Part shown: positions 17,421-28,602 of the stretch, piece by piece | Layout: each line of letters opens with the position of its first letter | How positions within the stretch are numbered: position 1 is the stretch's first letter | Origin: Thermodesulfobacteriota bacterium | GTDB taxonomy: Bacteria; Desulfobacterota; Desulfobacteria; Desulfobacterales; C00003060 | Assembly: GCA_034189385.1 (NCBI GenBank) | Contig: JAXHVD010000015.1 | Coordinates: 1 to 64,000 of the forward strand | Direction of reading: 5' to 3' | DNA length: 64,000 nt | Translations under genes and position numbers: made by a program | The notes under the pieces: generated by a model | Databases searched by the model: none | Told to the model about the DNA's origin: nothing | What the model saw: only the letters and a program-made list of their open reading frames with translations

Positions 17421-18104
17421 TCACACGACGTACCTAAAAAACATGGCCAATCCCTCCCCTCCCAAGAAAAGCCGCAGGGCGGGATTCAGAAACAAAGAAA
17501 CTACACTATTGAGTGCCCCTGTGAAAAGCAAAAAAAAGAGAAGCACCATCCCAAAGCGCTCCATTCGTTGAAGGGCGTGGGCAAATCTGGCAGGCACTAG
17601 CATAGAGAGTATCCGCCCCCCATCAAGAGGGGGAATGGGGATCAAATTGAAAACCGCCAACACACAATTGATCAACACGCTATATCCCACCATGCCAAAT
17701 AGACCCACCCATAGCCCAGAATTCCAAAGGGGCTTCAGTTGGCAGAAGCATTGAAAGAGCAATCCGCACACCAGGGCACAGACTAGATTGGCGGCAACAC
17801 CTGCCGACGACACGAGGATAGTGTCCCTTCGGTAATGACGGAGATATTGAAAGCTCACCGGAACCGGCCTTGCATACCCGAAGATGACGGGAGACCTCAA
17901 CAAAAAGAGCATCAAAGGCAATATGATAGACCCCATGGGATCCAGATGTTTTATGGGATTAAGCGTCAATCTGCCGGACCGCTTGGCCGTGGGATCCCCC
18001 AGTCGGAAGGCCACCCAGCCATGGGCCACTTCATGAATCGTGACAGCAAAAAGCAGCGGCACGATCATGACCACTATTTTGCTGAAATCAAACCCTTCAA
18101 ACAT
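17421..18104 (-). CDS. Site-2 protease (peptidase M50)
   Basis: HEVAH and FNLIPIPPLDGGR motifs. Confidence 0.93.
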   Translation of the reverse strand: MFEGFDFSKIVVMIVPLLFAVTIHEVAHGWVAFRLGDPTAKRSGRLTLNPIKHLDPMGSIILPLMLFLLRSPVIFGYARPVPVSFQYLRHYRRDTILVSSAGVAANLVCALVCGLLFQCFCQLKPLWNSGLWVGLFGMVGYSVLINCVLAVFNLIPIPPLDGGRILSMLVPARFAHALQRMERFGMVLLFFLLFTGALNSVVSLFLNPALRLFLGGEGLAMFFRYVV

Positions 18105-18195
18105 CCTCTAGCCATCCGTCACCAGTCGCCCCGGGCTCGTGACCACGTCCTTATTCCCCCTTCTGAATCGGATGTTGCGCCAGCCCGAGGCGGCA

Positions 18196-20868
18196 CTAAG
18201 AAAAGTGATGGAGAACAAACTCCTCTTCGTCCTGGCGGGTCTTGAGAAGGCCATTGAGGCGTGCGTCAAGGAGGCTCTCCAGGATCTTGCGGTATATGGG
18301 ACCTGGCTTGAAGCCCATTTTCTTGAGGTCGTCACCCTTCAGCAGGGTGGTGGTCGTCCTGAGCCTCGTATAGTAATGAGAAATCGCCCGCTTTACCTCG
18401 TCTTGGGAGGTACTTGCCATCATATAAAGCAAGACCTCCGTGCGGAAACGATCTAACTTTCTGTAAAGGACACTGTTCTCAAAGGCCTTCTTGCGTTCCA
18501 TCCATTTCAAGGACGAATCTGCCGTTGCCTTTTCATCAACCAGGATTTTCTGAAACCGCTCACGGAGCTCAAGCTGTCTGCAAACCCCCTGTACGTCTGC
18601 TTGGCTGAAGGGTCTTACTAAGGCCAGCAAATAAACGATCCACTTTCTACATGAGTCTTCTAAAAAAAGCAAATTGTGCCAGGTTAGGACTTTCTCCACC
18701 GAACTGAGAAGGTCCTTAAGGGCCTTGTCATAAACAATTTCCGAATGAATGATCTTTAGCAGTCCGAATTCATTCAGTCGCCGCAACGCCATGATGGGCT
18801 TTTCTTCTTCCAGGATCTGACGGAGTTCAGAAAAAAGCCGACGGCCGCTCAACTCCTTGAAGAAATCCATCCTTACGGCGTTTTCAATGAGTCCTGACGT
18901 CAGTTTACCTATCTTGAAGCCAAAGCGCTGCTCAAATCGAACAGCCCGAAAGACCCGCGTGGGATCCTCCACAAAGCTCAGGTTATGGAGCACTCTAATG
19001 GCCCTTCTCTTGAGATCTCTCTGCCCTCCGAAGAAGTCTATAAGAGTCCCAAATCGAACTGGATTGATTCTTATGGCCAGCGTGTTGATCGTGAAATCTC
19101 GTCGATACATGTCGAGTTTCAGAGATCCCATTTCCACTGTGGGAAGGGCGCCTGGCGACTTGTAGTATTCCAATCGGGCAGTGGCCACATCGATCTTTCT
19201 ACCATTTGGCAGTACCACCACGGCCGTCCTAAATTTTTCGTGAGCCCGAACTCTGCCTCCAAGAGAAGAGCCCAAGGCATGGGCAAACCGAACGCCATCA
19301 CCTTCAATGACAACGTCAAGATCTAGGTTCTCTTGAGCCAGGAAGATGTCCCTGACAAATCCCCCTACTGCATAGGCATTGTATCCGAGGGAATCGGCGA
19401 CGTCCCCCACCTTTCTCAACAGATCTATCACCTCTTCAGGGAGACGCTCTGTCAGGACTTTGGCAACGCTTTTCTCACGGACCTGGTAGCCACTTTCTCT
19501 GCCAGCTTCTGCCAATTCAGGAATACGCCCACCATGGCTCACAAGGGTGTTAAGGAGATCGGTCCGTGTAATCACACCGATGATGCGGCCATCGTCTATT
19601 ACAGGGAGTAACCGCTGTTTGTTGTTGATGATCTTTTCCTGGATCTCCGCCAATCCGGCACCAGGATGGACTTTGTCGATTTCAGTGGTCATGTATTCCT
19701 TGACCGGCACATCATCGAGTTTGTGGTGAAGCCCCTTTTCTATGACCTGCCTGGAAATGATGCCAAGTGGACGGTCAGATTCTAAGACCACGAGCACGTT
19801 CACGTTATATCGGGTGAGCAGACTCTCGGCCTCCTTGAGGGTCACGTGGGAGGTCACGTGGATAGCGGGAGATGACATGAGGTCTCGGGCCGAATGCCTA
19901 GGATTGATATGTTCCTTGAGAAGCCCGAGGAGCCTTTCTCTGGCCTGAATGGCAGTCTGCCCCTTAATGCTGGCCGAAGCAGCTGAAGGGTGGCCGCCAC
20001 CGCCAAAGGCCATGGCAATTTCCCCAACGTCCACTTCTGGCAGGCGGCTACGCCCTACCAGGTATACACGATTCTCCATGCTGGCCAGGGCAAAAACAAC
20101 GTCCAGGCCTTCCATGTCCCTGAGCTTATGAACCAAAAGGGCAAAATCGGCCACATAGGTATCAGATGTGACAGTGGTAATGACGACATCCACGCCGTTG
20201 ATGGAGTGATGGACGGCGCCTTGAAGCATTTCGTTTAGGAGATTGACCTGTTCGGGACTTATTTCCCTGGTGACCATGTTTGAGACCACATTTAAGTTGG
20301 CTCCCTTAGAGAGCAAGAAGGAGGCGGCAAGGTAGTCTTCCTGGGTGGTAGAGGTGAATGTAAAAGAGCCCGTGTCCTCGTATAGGCCCAGGGCCATGAT
20401 CGTTGCCTCCTCAGGTGTAATGGGGATCTCTTCTTCCCGTAGAATCCTTGCCATGATCGTGATCGTAGCCCCGGTAATCTCTATGATCTCCACGGCCCCG
20501 GAGAGGTCATCGGGCATGTTGGGATGGTGATCATAGATATGGATTTCCAGGTCCGGTCGGTCGATGATCTTTGCAAAATCGCCGATACGACTGGCCTGCC
20601 TCGTGTCTACCAGCACGAGCCGATCCACAGCATCAAGGTCAATGTCCTTGAGCTTCACGATGTTGTACATGTAGGCCATGGACTTTACATAGAAGTCCCT
20701 CAGGTTCTTCTCCTGCGAACCTGGGAAGGCGACCAAGGCATCGGGGTAAAGTTTTTTTGCCGCCAGCATGGACGCAAAGGCATCAAAATCTGCATTGATG
20801 TGACTGGTAATGACGGTGAGGCCTTCTGATGGTTTTATGGAGGTGTGGTCTCTTTCGCGCATCTGCAA
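18196..20868 (-). CDS. tRNA nucleotidyltransferase with N-terminal DHH/DHHA1 and CBS domains (A-adding type)
   Basis: HINADFD, YDHH, GGGGHPSAAS, CBS pair, VGGFVRD...DLD, RRDFTIN, EDPTR. Confidence 0.92.
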   Translation of the reverse strand: MQMRERDHTSIKPSEGLTVITSHINADFDAFASMLAAKKLYPDALVAFPGSQEKNLRDFYVKSMAYMYNIVKLKDIDLDAVDRLVLVDTRQASRIGDFAKIIDRPDLEIHIYDHHPNMPDDLSGAVEIIEITGATITIMARILREEEIPITPEEATIMALGLYEDTGSFTFTSTTQEDYLAASFLLSKGANLNVVSNMVTREISPEQVNLLNEMLQGAVHHSINGVDVVITTVTSDTYVADFALLVHKLRDMEGLDVVFALASMENRVYLVGRSRLPEVDVGEIAMAFGGGGHPSAASASIKGQTAIQARERLLGLLKEHINPRHSARDLMSSPAIHVTSHVTLKEAESLLTRYNVNVLVVLESDRPLGIISRQVIEKGLHHKLDDVPVKEYMTTEIDKVHPGAGLAEIQEKIINNKQRLLPVIDDGRIIGVITRTDLLNTLVSHGGRIPELAEAGRESGYQVREKSVAKVLTERLPEEVIDLLRKVGDVADSLGYNAYAVGGFVRDIFLAQENLDLDVVIEGDGVRFAHALGSSLGGRVRAHEKFRTAVVVLPNGRKIDVATARLEYYKSPGALPTVEMGSLKLDMYRRDFTINTLAIRINPVRFGTLIDFFGGQRDLKRRAIRVLHNLSFVEDPTRVFRAVRFEQRFGFKIGKLTSGLIENAVRMDFFKELSGRRLFSELRQILEEEKPIMALRRLNEFGLLKIIHSEIVYDKALKDLLSSVEKVLTWHNLLFLEDSCRKWIVYLLALVRPFSQADVQGVCRQLELRERFQKILVDEKATADSSLKWMERKKAFENSVLYRKLDRFRTEVLLYMMASTSQDEVKRAISHYYTRLRTTTTLLKGDDLKKMGFKPGPIYRKILESLLDARLNGLLKTRQDEEEFVLHHFS

Positions 20869-21225
20869 CTCGGTTCACTCCACCGGTTATCCCATGGCAG
20901 GAAGCCGGCATGATCGTTCGAAGGACCATTGGGCCCCTTCCTTGAGCGCAACCATACTACATTGCCACGCTTTTCGCAGTAAGTATTGTCTGTTGACCGG
21001 AATCTCCTTTAGCAACCTGCGGGAACCCTACAGCACCCTTTCTGACGCGTGCCTTTGTCCCACTTCTTTGGGACAGGCCACGACTGCAAGGGCCACGTAC
21101 CAAAGGGCCTAATGTCAGAAAAAAGGGAAATTCTCGGCAGTCTTTCTTGAAGGACGTCTGGGTTGAGTCTCTGCAACTGGTGCACCACCCAGGTTGTAGT
21201 CACGGCGGAGAAAGGAACCAATCAG

Positions 21226-21675
21226 TCACAACCTTGCCACAGTCTCGGCAAAGGCGGGGTCTTGTAACATCTTCTTGGCAAACTTAAGGTACTTCTGCAG
21301 TATGGCTCTTACTGCGAGCTGCAATGCATAGGGTTTAATCGGTTTTTCCAGTAAATGATTGACATCTGACGCCACACACATATCGACCACATCATCGCTT
21401 GCATTTCCGGTGATCATCACCGTGTCGTCGTGCACTGTTGGAAACTTCTGCTGAACAGAGTCAAGAAAATAGAAACCGCTTTTTTCACCCAGAAAAACAT
21501 CTACAACAAAAATCGCCACGCTCTTGTCGCTGCCCAGACAATGGGATATGGCGGCGTCGGGATCCGTGAAGGTCAGGACATCACCCCACGTGTAGAACCT
21601 CCGAATAATCTTTGAAACCGTCTCACATACGTTGAGCTCATCATCCACAACAATGACGTCCAATCCATCAGTCAT
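21226..21675 (-). CDS. Single-domain response regulator
   Basis: VVDDE, VVDVFL, ITG, EKPI receiver motifs. Confidence 0.85.
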   Translation of the reverse strand: MTDGLDVIVVDDELNVCETVSKIIRRFYTWGDVLTFTDPDAAISHCLGSDKSVAIFVVDVFLGEKSGFYFLDSVQQKFPTVHDDTVMITGNASDDVVDMCVASDVNHLLEKPIKPYALQLAVRAILQKYLKFAKKMLQDPAFAETVARL

Positions 21676-21864
21676 GCCCTACCCTCCTCCAGCCGGTGCT
21701 AGTTGAACGGCCAAAGCAAGCGCATTTTCCGTCCCGGTTCATCGGGACTGAGGGAAGCTTCAGCCCAGATCTATCAGAGGCTTCCCTTAGAATTATACAT
21801 GACTTCCGCGCCATTTTCAACAGGTTGAGATGGAAGCTCCTGTCCTTGTGCAATGGACGCACCC

Positions 21865-22857
21865 CTATTCTGGAGCTTCTGCCAAGGACCTTTCCACTGT
21901 TGCCTCCCCTTTCAGTTTGGCCACGTATAAGTCCACTTCTTTTTGGACCTTCTCTCTTTTCAGGTTCTCCCGAATCCTCTGCTTGACGTCCTTGTAGGGC
22001 GTTGTGGCCTCAGACTTCTTGTCCTTGACCTTAATGAGGTGGTACCCGAATTTGGTCTCCACGATATCACTGACTTCACCAGGTTTCAGAGAAAAGGCCA
22101 CCACTTCAAAAGGTTTCACCATTTGCCCCCGTCTGAAGTAGCCCAAATCGCCACCCTTGGCACCAGACGGGCATTGGGAGGCCTCTTTGGCAAGGGCCGA
22201 GAAATCTTCACCCTTTTCTAGCCTGTCCTGGATTTTTTCAATTCTTTTTCGGGATTCGGCTTTCTCAGATGCTTCAGCCTTGGGATCAACCTTGACTAGG
22301 ATGTGGCTAGCCTGCACCTGCTCTGGCTGCTTGAATAGTTCTGGACGGCTATCGTAGTATTCTTTGATCTCCTTGTCGGGAACTACCATCTTCTGGGCAA
22401 TTTCCTTATCGATGAATGTCTGAATGGCCATCCCCCGCAGAAACTGGGACCTCAAAACAGCTTCAGTCAGATTCATCCTCTTTACCATCTTCTTGAATGC
22501 AGCCTCGTCTGGAAACCTTTTTTTCAGGCTTTCATCCAGGGCAGTCTCATCGGCCTGGATCCCCTTTTTCTGGCTCTCCTGATAAAGCAATTCCACGTCG
22601 ATAAGCCTTTCCAGCGTTTCCAGCTTGATTGCTGCCAACTGAGCATCGGTCAGCGCCTTTCCCCCCATCTGAAACCGCCTTTTCGCCAGGCGCAATTCCC
22701 TATCAAACTGGGCCTGCGTGATCTCTATTCCATTCACCATAGCCACGCTGTCTTGTGAAGGCTCCTCCTTCTCCGCTGCCGTAGCCGGGGAGCAGACTGA
22801 CAAGAGCGAAAAAGCCAACAACCATGCCCAAAGCCGTGTTCGAACTCTTGCTTGCAT
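21865..22857 (-). CDS. Parvulin-type periplasmic peptidyl-prolyl isomerase (SurA/PrsA-like)
   Basis: Signal peptide, VAMVNG, ASHILV, GGDLGYF...MVKPFE, FGYHLIKV. Confidence 0.93.
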   Translation of the reverse strand: MQARVRTRLWAWLLAFSLLSVCSPATAAEKEEPSQDSVAMVNGIEITQAQFDRELRLAKRRFQMGGKALTDAQLAAIKLETLERLIDVELLYQESQKKGIQADETALDESLKKRFPDEAAFKKMVKRMNLTEAVLRSQFLRGMAIQTFIDKEIAQKMVVPDKEIKEYYDSRPELFKQPEQVQASHILVKVDPKAEASEKAESRKRIEKIQDRLEKGEDFSALAKEASQCPSGAKGGDLGYFRRGQMVKPFEVVAFSLKPGEVSDIVETKFGYHLIKVKDKKSEATTPYKDVKQRIRENLKREKVQKEVDLYVAKLKGEATVERSLAEAPE

Positions 22858-23011
22858 CGTAGTTCCTCCTTACGTTTGCTCCTGTAGAGACCAAACCCCT
22901 GCCCGGCTCACGACTCCTTCAAGACCACTTGAAAAAACTGGAACAGACTGTCAGGTTGGCAGAATGGCACCAGGTAGGACAATTGGAGTTGCCAGGCGCG
23001 TAGGGCCTTGT

Positions 23012-23088
23012 TGGTGGGCCGTATAGGAATCGAACCTATAACCTTCTGATTAAGAGTCAGCTGCTCTGCCTAGTTGAGCTAACGGCCC
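23012..23088 (-). tRNA. tRNA-Lys(CTT)
   Basis: GGGCCGTTAGCTCAA...CTGA-CT-CTT-AA-TCAG...GGTTCGATTCC...ACGGCCCACCA. Confidence 0.96.
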
Positions 23089-23287
23089 CAGTGATGGGCT
23101 CTCTATAATAGACAGATTCTTCTTAACACCCCTCCCAAACCGTGTCAATCGATAATCTCTGGCGCTCGTCCCCTTGCCAGCGGGCCCCTTCCATCAAAGG
23201 GTATCATCGGATCTGCTAACCATCAGTCGTGAATACGCTCCATTCTGAAGTCCGAGATCCCACCTAAAGGAGAACGCACAAATCTCC

Positions 23288-24808
23288 TTGAAAAGTCACG
23301 ATATCTCAGTTACGTTGAGCCATTATTTTTCTTTGAGGAAATACCTTGTGAAAAATCACCCAATCAGTGCATGGCCTATCTGTATTCTGCTATGCCCTGT
23401 CTTGTTATGGATAGCTTCCTGTGCCTTGAATCCTGTGACCGGTCAGAGAGAATTGATGCTCCTGAGCGAGTCCGATGAGATGAGGTTGGGCCAGACGACT
23501 GACGCAGAGATAGTCAAGTCCTACGGCATGTATGACGATGCTACGTTGGGTGCCTACATCGGGGACTTGGGCCAACGAATAGCCAAGGTATCACACCGCC
23601 CCCATCTGTCCTTCCAGTTCAAGGTTCTGGACTCGGCCGTGGTCAATGCCTTCGCTGTCCCTGGTGGTTATGTATACCTCAGCCGCGGGATATTGAGCTA
23701 TCTGAACAGCGAAGCAGAACTTGCCGGTGTTATAGGACATGAGATAGGGCATGTGGCCGCCCGCCATTCTGCTCAGCAGGTTAGCAAGGCTCAGCTTACC
23801 CAGTTAGGATTAGGATTGGGCGCGGCCCTCTCCGAAGATTTCCGCAGATACGCTGACTTGGCCCAGTTTGGTGTAGGCATGCTCTTTTTGAGATTCAGCC
23901 GGGACAATGAGCGTCAGGCAGACGATTTGGGTGTGGAGTATGCTTCCAAGGCGGGCTTTGATGCGAGCCACATGGCCAACTTTTTTACCACATTGAAGCA
24001 CTTGCACCCATCGTCAGATCGGGCCGGCTTACCTAGTTGGTTTTCTACCCATCCCGACCCACCGGATCGCATCAGGGCAGTTCAAGAAAGGGCCCAGCAG
24101 TGGGCTCTAAGGCTGGGCACCGGCAAGTTACAGGTAAATCGAGACGCCTATTTCCGCGCCATCGATGGCCTGGTCTTTGGAGAAGACCCGCGACAGGGAT
24201 ACGTGGACGATAACGTCTTCTATCATCCTGAATTGGCATTCCAGTTTCCTGTACCTTCTGGCTGGAAGCTGAACAACACACCGGCCCAAGTGCGGATAGT
24301 GAACAAGAAGCAAGATGCCGTCATCCTATTCTCTCTTGCCTCGGGCAGGTCCCCAAAGGAGGTAGCCCTGAAATTTACCAAAGAGACCAATGCCCAAATC
24401 ATCCAATTCGATGACATTCGGATAAACGGTCTCCCTGCCACACGGATGATTTCGCATGTGGCGACGCAACAAGGGCCCGTTCGACTCATGTCTTCCTTCA
24501 TCCAGAAAGACATGCACATTTATGTGTTTCGTGGCTTTACAGAACCGTCCCTATTTCAAAAATATGCCTCTTTCTTCCAAAACACCATGGACGGATTCAA
24601 GACCCTTTCAGACCCAAGGAGGATCAATGTCAAGCCTGACCGCCTCCGCATTCGCGTCACTAAGAAGGCAGCGACTTTGAGAGACTCCTTTCGGTCCCTA
24701 GGCGTTCCGGACAAGGAGTTGGAAGATATGGCCCTGCTGAACGGAAGGGAGTTGCACGACAGGATTCTTCCAAAGACACTCCTCAAGACCGTGGAGAAGG
24801 GGCGCTAA
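23288..24808 (+). CDS. M48-family zinc metalloprotease, probable lipoprotein (start may be GTG 23348)
   Basis: IASC lipobox-like, NAFAVPGG, HEIGH, ERQAD, STHP. Confidence 0.9.
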   Translation: MKSHDISVTLSHYFSLRKYLVKNHPISAWPICILLCPVLLWIASCALNPVTGQRELMLLSESDEMRLGQTTDAEIVKSYGMYDDATLGAYIGDLGQRIAKVSHRPHLSFQFKVLDSAVVNAFAVPGGYVYLSRGILSYLNSEAELAGVIGHEIGHVAARHSAQQVSKAQLTQLGLGLGAALSEDFRRYADLAQFGVGMLFLRFSRDNERQADDLGVEYASKAGFDASHMANFFTTLKHLHPSSDRAGLPSWFSTHPDPPDRIRAVQERAQQWALRLGTGKLQVNRDAYFRAIDGLVFGEDPRQGYVDDNVFYHPELAFQFPVPSGWKLNNTPAQVRIVNKKQDAVILFSLASGRSPKEVALKFTKETNAQIIQFDDIRINGLPATRMISHVATQQGPVRLMSSFIQKDMHIYVFRGFTEPSLFQKYASFFQNTMDGFKTLSDPRRINVKPDRLRIRVTKKAATLRDSFRSLGVPDKELEDMALLNGRELHDRILPKTLLKTVEKGR

Positions 24809-25841
24809 CCGAGAATCCGGCCCCTTCCACACCCACCCTGCCGGGTTCCTTTTCCACCTGAAACTTCACCGGCAAGAACTGTTCAATGACCCCGATATTG
24901 GTCAAGAGGTGTCTTGTGACACGGCCCACAGCAAAGGAAGACCGGCCGTGGGCAAGGGCCATATAGAGCACCAACTGATCAGCCAGATGGTGGTCGACGG
25001 CACCCTGAGAGTCCATGAACTCGACAAAGGCTGAGCAGGCCTCATCAGCCACTTTTTCCGCTCTTTTGCCTCTTTTTCCCAAGGATGAAAAACCGCCCCC
25101 CCCCCTCTCAAACCGGGCCTCTATGAAAACCAACGTGCCGGCACCCAGGGAAGGAGCCTGGACTAACTCAATCCTCGCCCCACTGTGCCCTTCAGCCTGA
25201 AGGCCTCTAATGGCCTGGTCCCGCTGTCTCTTCGCGATACTCATTGGAAGATTTGATACTGCCGATAAGATGCGGGGCTCTTCGAGCCTACCCCGCTGGA
25301 TCCGTTTCATTCCATGAAAGCCTGCTATGGGTGACACGGACGCAACAAGTTCTCCCCCACCCTTGGGATACCAACCCCAATTCCCAATCTCCAAAGACAA
25401 AACACCGCCCATCTCCCTTACGGCAGGGGCAAATACGTTTTTCAGATAATGGAAACAGGGGCTCCATGGCACGTGGGTTCCTCCAGTGACGGTCACCCGC
25501 GATGGGACGTCGGCAAAGAACAAAGCTGGCAGTAGGGTCTGGAGCACCAGGCTGGTTGAACCGGCGGTACCGACGTGGAAGGTATAGGTCCCACCCTTTA
25601 GTCGCCCAGGCTCGAAATAGAGGTCCGTGGACCCCAACTCCGCTCCCTCCACATGGGCTGAGGCCAGTAATGCCAGGGCCTTGACAGCCATAAGGTGTTG
25701 TGGCCTTAAGCCCTGCTTCCTGCGACCGCCTCGAATGTTTTTCATCCTCAGCGGCCCTTGGAGTAACGCGGCCAGGCTTAAGGCTGTTCTCAATACCTGC
25801 CCTCCGCCCTCACCAAAACGGCCGTCTATTTCAAGGGCCAT
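24783..25841 (-). CDS. rtcA: RNA 3'-terminal phosphate cyclase
   Basis: GEGGGQVLR, GLRPQH, GGTHVPWSP, YPKGGG, HLADQL. Confidence 0.95.
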   Translation of the reverse strand: MALEIDGRFGEGGGQVLRTALSLAALLQGPLRMKNIRGGRRKQGLRPQHLMAVKALALLASAHVEGAELGSTDLYFEPGRLKGGTYTFHVGTAGSTSLVLQTLLPALFFADVPSRVTVTGGTHVPWSPCFHYLKNVFAPAVREMGGVLSLEIGNWGWYPKGGGELVASVSPIAGFHGMKRIQRGRLEEPRILSAVSNLPMSIAKRQRDQAIRGLQAEGHSGARIELVQAPSLGAGTLVFIEARFERGGGGFSSLGKRGKRAEKVADEACSAFVEFMDSQGAVDHHLADQLVLYMALAHGRSSFAVGRVTRHLLTNIGVIEQFLPVKFQVEKEPGRVGVEGAGFSVSAPSPRS

Positions 25842-25843
25842 CG

Positions 25844-26422
25844 TCAGAAAAGAGCCTCAATAGCCTTCCACAGCACCTGTTTGCCCATGCCGGTAGCAGC
25901 GGAAAAGAGGATGAGGGAAGAGGGATCCTTGGAGAGATCTTCTCCAATGAGCCTGGACTGATAGTGCTGTTTATTCTTCTTGAGCTTGTCGGCCTTCGTG
26001 AGGACCACAATCTCAGGGATATTGTAGCGGGCAAGCCAGGCAAGGAGATCATGGTCTGCCTCATTTGGCTGTCTGCGGAGATCTAGAATGACCACTACGG
26101 CACAAAGCCCCTCACGGGAGCTCAGGTACCTCTCCACCATGGGCCCCCACCTTTTTCGCACTTCAATGGGCACCTTGGCGTAGCCGTAGCCAGGCAGATC
26201 AACGAAATGAAACCTGTTGTTGATGAGAAAGAAGTTAATGGTCTGGGTGCGGCCCGGTGTGGAGCTGGTTCGTACAAGGTTCTTACGGCCCAACAATACA
26301 TTGATGAGGGAAGATTTCCCCACGTTTGAACGCCCCGCAAAGGCGATTTCAGGCATAGAAGACGAAGGGTAGTGGGAGGATTTTACAGCTCCCCGAACAA
26401 ATGCGGCGGACTTCACAATCAT
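25844..26422 (-). CDS. yihA: Ribosome biogenesis GTPase YihA/YsxC/EngB
   Basis: GRSNVGKSS, DLPGYG, TKADK. Confidence 0.96.
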   Translation of the reverse strand: MIVKSAAFVRGAVKSSHYPSSSMPEIAFAGRSNVGKSSLINVLLGRKNLVRTSSTPGRTQTINFFLINNRFHFVDLPGYGYAKVPIEVRKRWGPMVERYLSSREGLCAVVVILDLRRQPNEADHDLLAWLARYNIPEIVVLTKADKLKKNKQHYQSRLIGEDLSKDPSSLILFSAATGMGKQVLWKAIEALF

Positions 26423-26515
26423 CGTTTTTCGGTCTGCCTACTCAACGGCTTCCGGCAATCCAAAAGGCACGGTCAAGGAAGGCACTTTAGCCCACTTTAG
26501 ACACTCTAGCTCACT

Positions 26516-27661
26516 TTACACACTTCCTCCACGAACATACCGTTCGATCCTATCCATCCCCTCTGCAATGTTTTCAAGGGCATTGGCGTATGAAAACCGA
26601 AGATACCCTTCTGCGTTGGCCCCAAAATCGACTCCTGGCGTGACCCCAACATGGGCCTTGTCAAGAATGTCAAAGGCAAGCCTATAGGAGTCATTTGAGA
26701 ACTTCTTGGCGTTTGCCAGCACATAGAATGCCCCTGTAGGCTCCACGGTGATGCCAAACCCGATCTCTTTCAGTCGTCTGATCATGAATCTGCGCCGTTC
26801 ATCATAGACAGCACGCATCCGGGCCACATCCTCACCAGCCTCCTCCAGGGCAGCAATACCAGCCCATTGGACCATGGCATTCGCTGAGATAAAGAAGTTC
26901 TGTTGAACCTTCTGGATGGCCCGGATAAAGGGCTTTGGCGCAATGAGATAGCCTAGCCGCCAACCAGTCATGGCATAGGCCTTGGAAAAGCCGTTCAGCA
27001 CAAAGGCTCGATCCGTGTATTCCAGGATAGAACGTTCCTCCCCTTCGTACACAAGACCGTGATATATTTCATCAGAAATAATGTAGGGGGACAGCTTTGA
27101 GATGGCCTCCATGCGTTCATGGGAAAGGAGATTCCCTGTGGGATTAGACGGAGAGTTGATGAAAACTGCTTTGGTCCTTGGCCCTATCTTATCTTTGATG
27201 GCCTCTGGCCGGTACTGAAATCCATCGTCTTCATGGACTGGCACGGTAACCGCCTCACCGCCGGCAAAACGGATGAAATTGGGATAGCAGGCATAATGGG
27301 GATCTGAGATAATGACGCCGTCACCTGCCTCGAGGAGGGCCGCAAAGACCATGAACATGGCCGGTGAAGTCCCTGAAGTGACCACCACCTGATCAGGCTC
27401 CACGGTGGCACCATAAGTGCGGTGATAGTGGCGGCATATGGCTTCCCGGAGCTCAATCAATCCCAAGCTATGGGTATAATGGGTGTGCCCTTCATTCAGT
27501 GCACGGATGGCGGCCTCCTTGATGCAGACAGGCGTGTCGAAGTCCGGCTCGCCCACCTCAAGGTGAACGATCTGGATGCCCGCACGCTCCATGCTGTGGG
27601 CCTTTTCCATGACGTCCATGACGATAAAGGGCTTAATTTCCTCTGTCCGTCTGGATATCAT
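26516..27661 (-). CDS. PLP-dependent aminotransferase class I/II
   Basis: GEPDF, NSPSNPTG, DEIY, GFSKAYAMTGWRLG. Confidence 0.95.
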   Translation of the reverse strand: MISRRTEEIKPFIVMDVMEKAHSMERAGIQIVHLEVGEPDFDTPVCIKEAAIRALNEGHTHYTHSLGLIELREAICRHYHRTYGATVEPDQVVVTSGTSPAMFMVFAALLEAGDGVIISDPHYACYPNFIRFAGGEAVTVPVHEDDGFQYRPEAIKDKIGPRTKAVFINSPSNPTGNLLSHERMEAISKLSPYIISDEIYHGLVYEGEERSILEYTDRAFVLNGFSKAYAMTGWRLGYLIAPKPFIRAIQKVQQNFFISANAMVQWAGIAALEEAGEDVARMRAVYDERRRFMIRRLKEIGFGITVEPTGAFYVLANAKKFSNDSYRLAFDILDKAHVGVTPGVDFGANAEGYLRFSYANALENIAEGMDRIERYVRGGSV

Positions 27662-27725
27662 AATAGACCAGGATGAAGGAATTGCCGATGAAGGGATCTC
27701 TTATCTTAATCTCTAGATTCTTTTC

Positions 27726-28601
27726 CTATATGACCTTGTTCAGTGGGTATTCAATGATCCCTTCGGCTCCATTCTTCATGAGCTCTGGGATAAGATCCCT
27801 TACCACCGACGCGGCCACCACCGTTTCCACGGCCACCCATTCTGACTGATACAGGGAAGAGACGGTAGGCGCATTCAGGCTGGGCAGAATGTCCACGACC
27901 AATTCAAGCTTTGCCTTTGGCACATTCATCTTCAAGCCCACCATCTTCTCTGCCTGGAGCGCACCTTTCATAAGAAGCGCAATCTGCTCGATCTTTTCTC
28001 GCTTCTCACGATCGGCCCAAGCCTGGTGATTGGCAATCAGTTTTGTGTTCGTCTGCAGTAGCTCATGGATAATCTTCAGCCCATGGGCCTTAATAGTGGA
28101 ACCGGTTTCAGTCACCTCCACAATAGCGTCGGCCAGCCCTGAAACGACTTTTGCCTCTGTAGCTCCCCATGAGAACTCCACGTTCACCTCAATGCCACGG
28201 TCGGCAAAGTATCTCCTGGTGAAGTTGACCATCTCAGTGGCGATTTTTCTACCGGCCAGATCCTCCAATGTCTTGACGTCAGAATCGTACGGTACCGCCA
28301 GCACCCAACGAGCCGGCCTCTGGCTAACCTTAGAATAGATCAAGTCTTCCACTATTTGAATATCTGATTCGTTTTCATATATCCAATCTATACCCGTGAG
28401 CCCTGCGTCCAAGGTGCCGCTCTCCACGTAACGGGACATCTCTTGGGCCCGACAGATGGCACATTCAATGCTCTCATCATTAATCTCCGGGAAATAGCTC
28501 CGGCCATTCACATTAATCTTCCAGCCTGAGTGCCTAAACAATGCAATGGTAGCATCCTGAAGGCTCCCCTTTGGAATCCCCAGCTTAAGCCTTTGTTTCA
28601 C
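27726..28601 (-). CDS. hisG: ATP phosphoribosyltransferase, long form
   Basis: [25 protein letters not shown]-terminal regulatory domain; GTG start next to the hisI stop. Confidence 0.95.
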   Translation of the reverse strand: MKQRLKLGIPKGSLQDATIALFRHSGWKINVNGRSYFPEINDESIECAICRAQEMSRYVESGTLDAGLTGIDWIYENESDIQIVEDLIYSKVSQRPARWVLAVPYDSDVKTLEDLAGRKIATEMVNFTRRYFADRGIEVNVEFSWGATEAKVVSGLADAIVEVTETGSTIKAHGLKIIHELLQTNTKLIANHQAWADREKREKIEQIALLMKGALQAEKMVGLKMNVPKAKLELVVDILPSLNAPTVSSLYQSEWVAVETVVAASVVRDLIPELMKNGAEGIIEYPLNKVI

Positions 28602-28602
28602 T

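Noticed and set aside
24783..24808. Convergent 3' overlaps (M48/rtcA here; USP/clpB at 62330-62359)
   Set aside because: Short tail overlaps of convergent genes are common and not informative.
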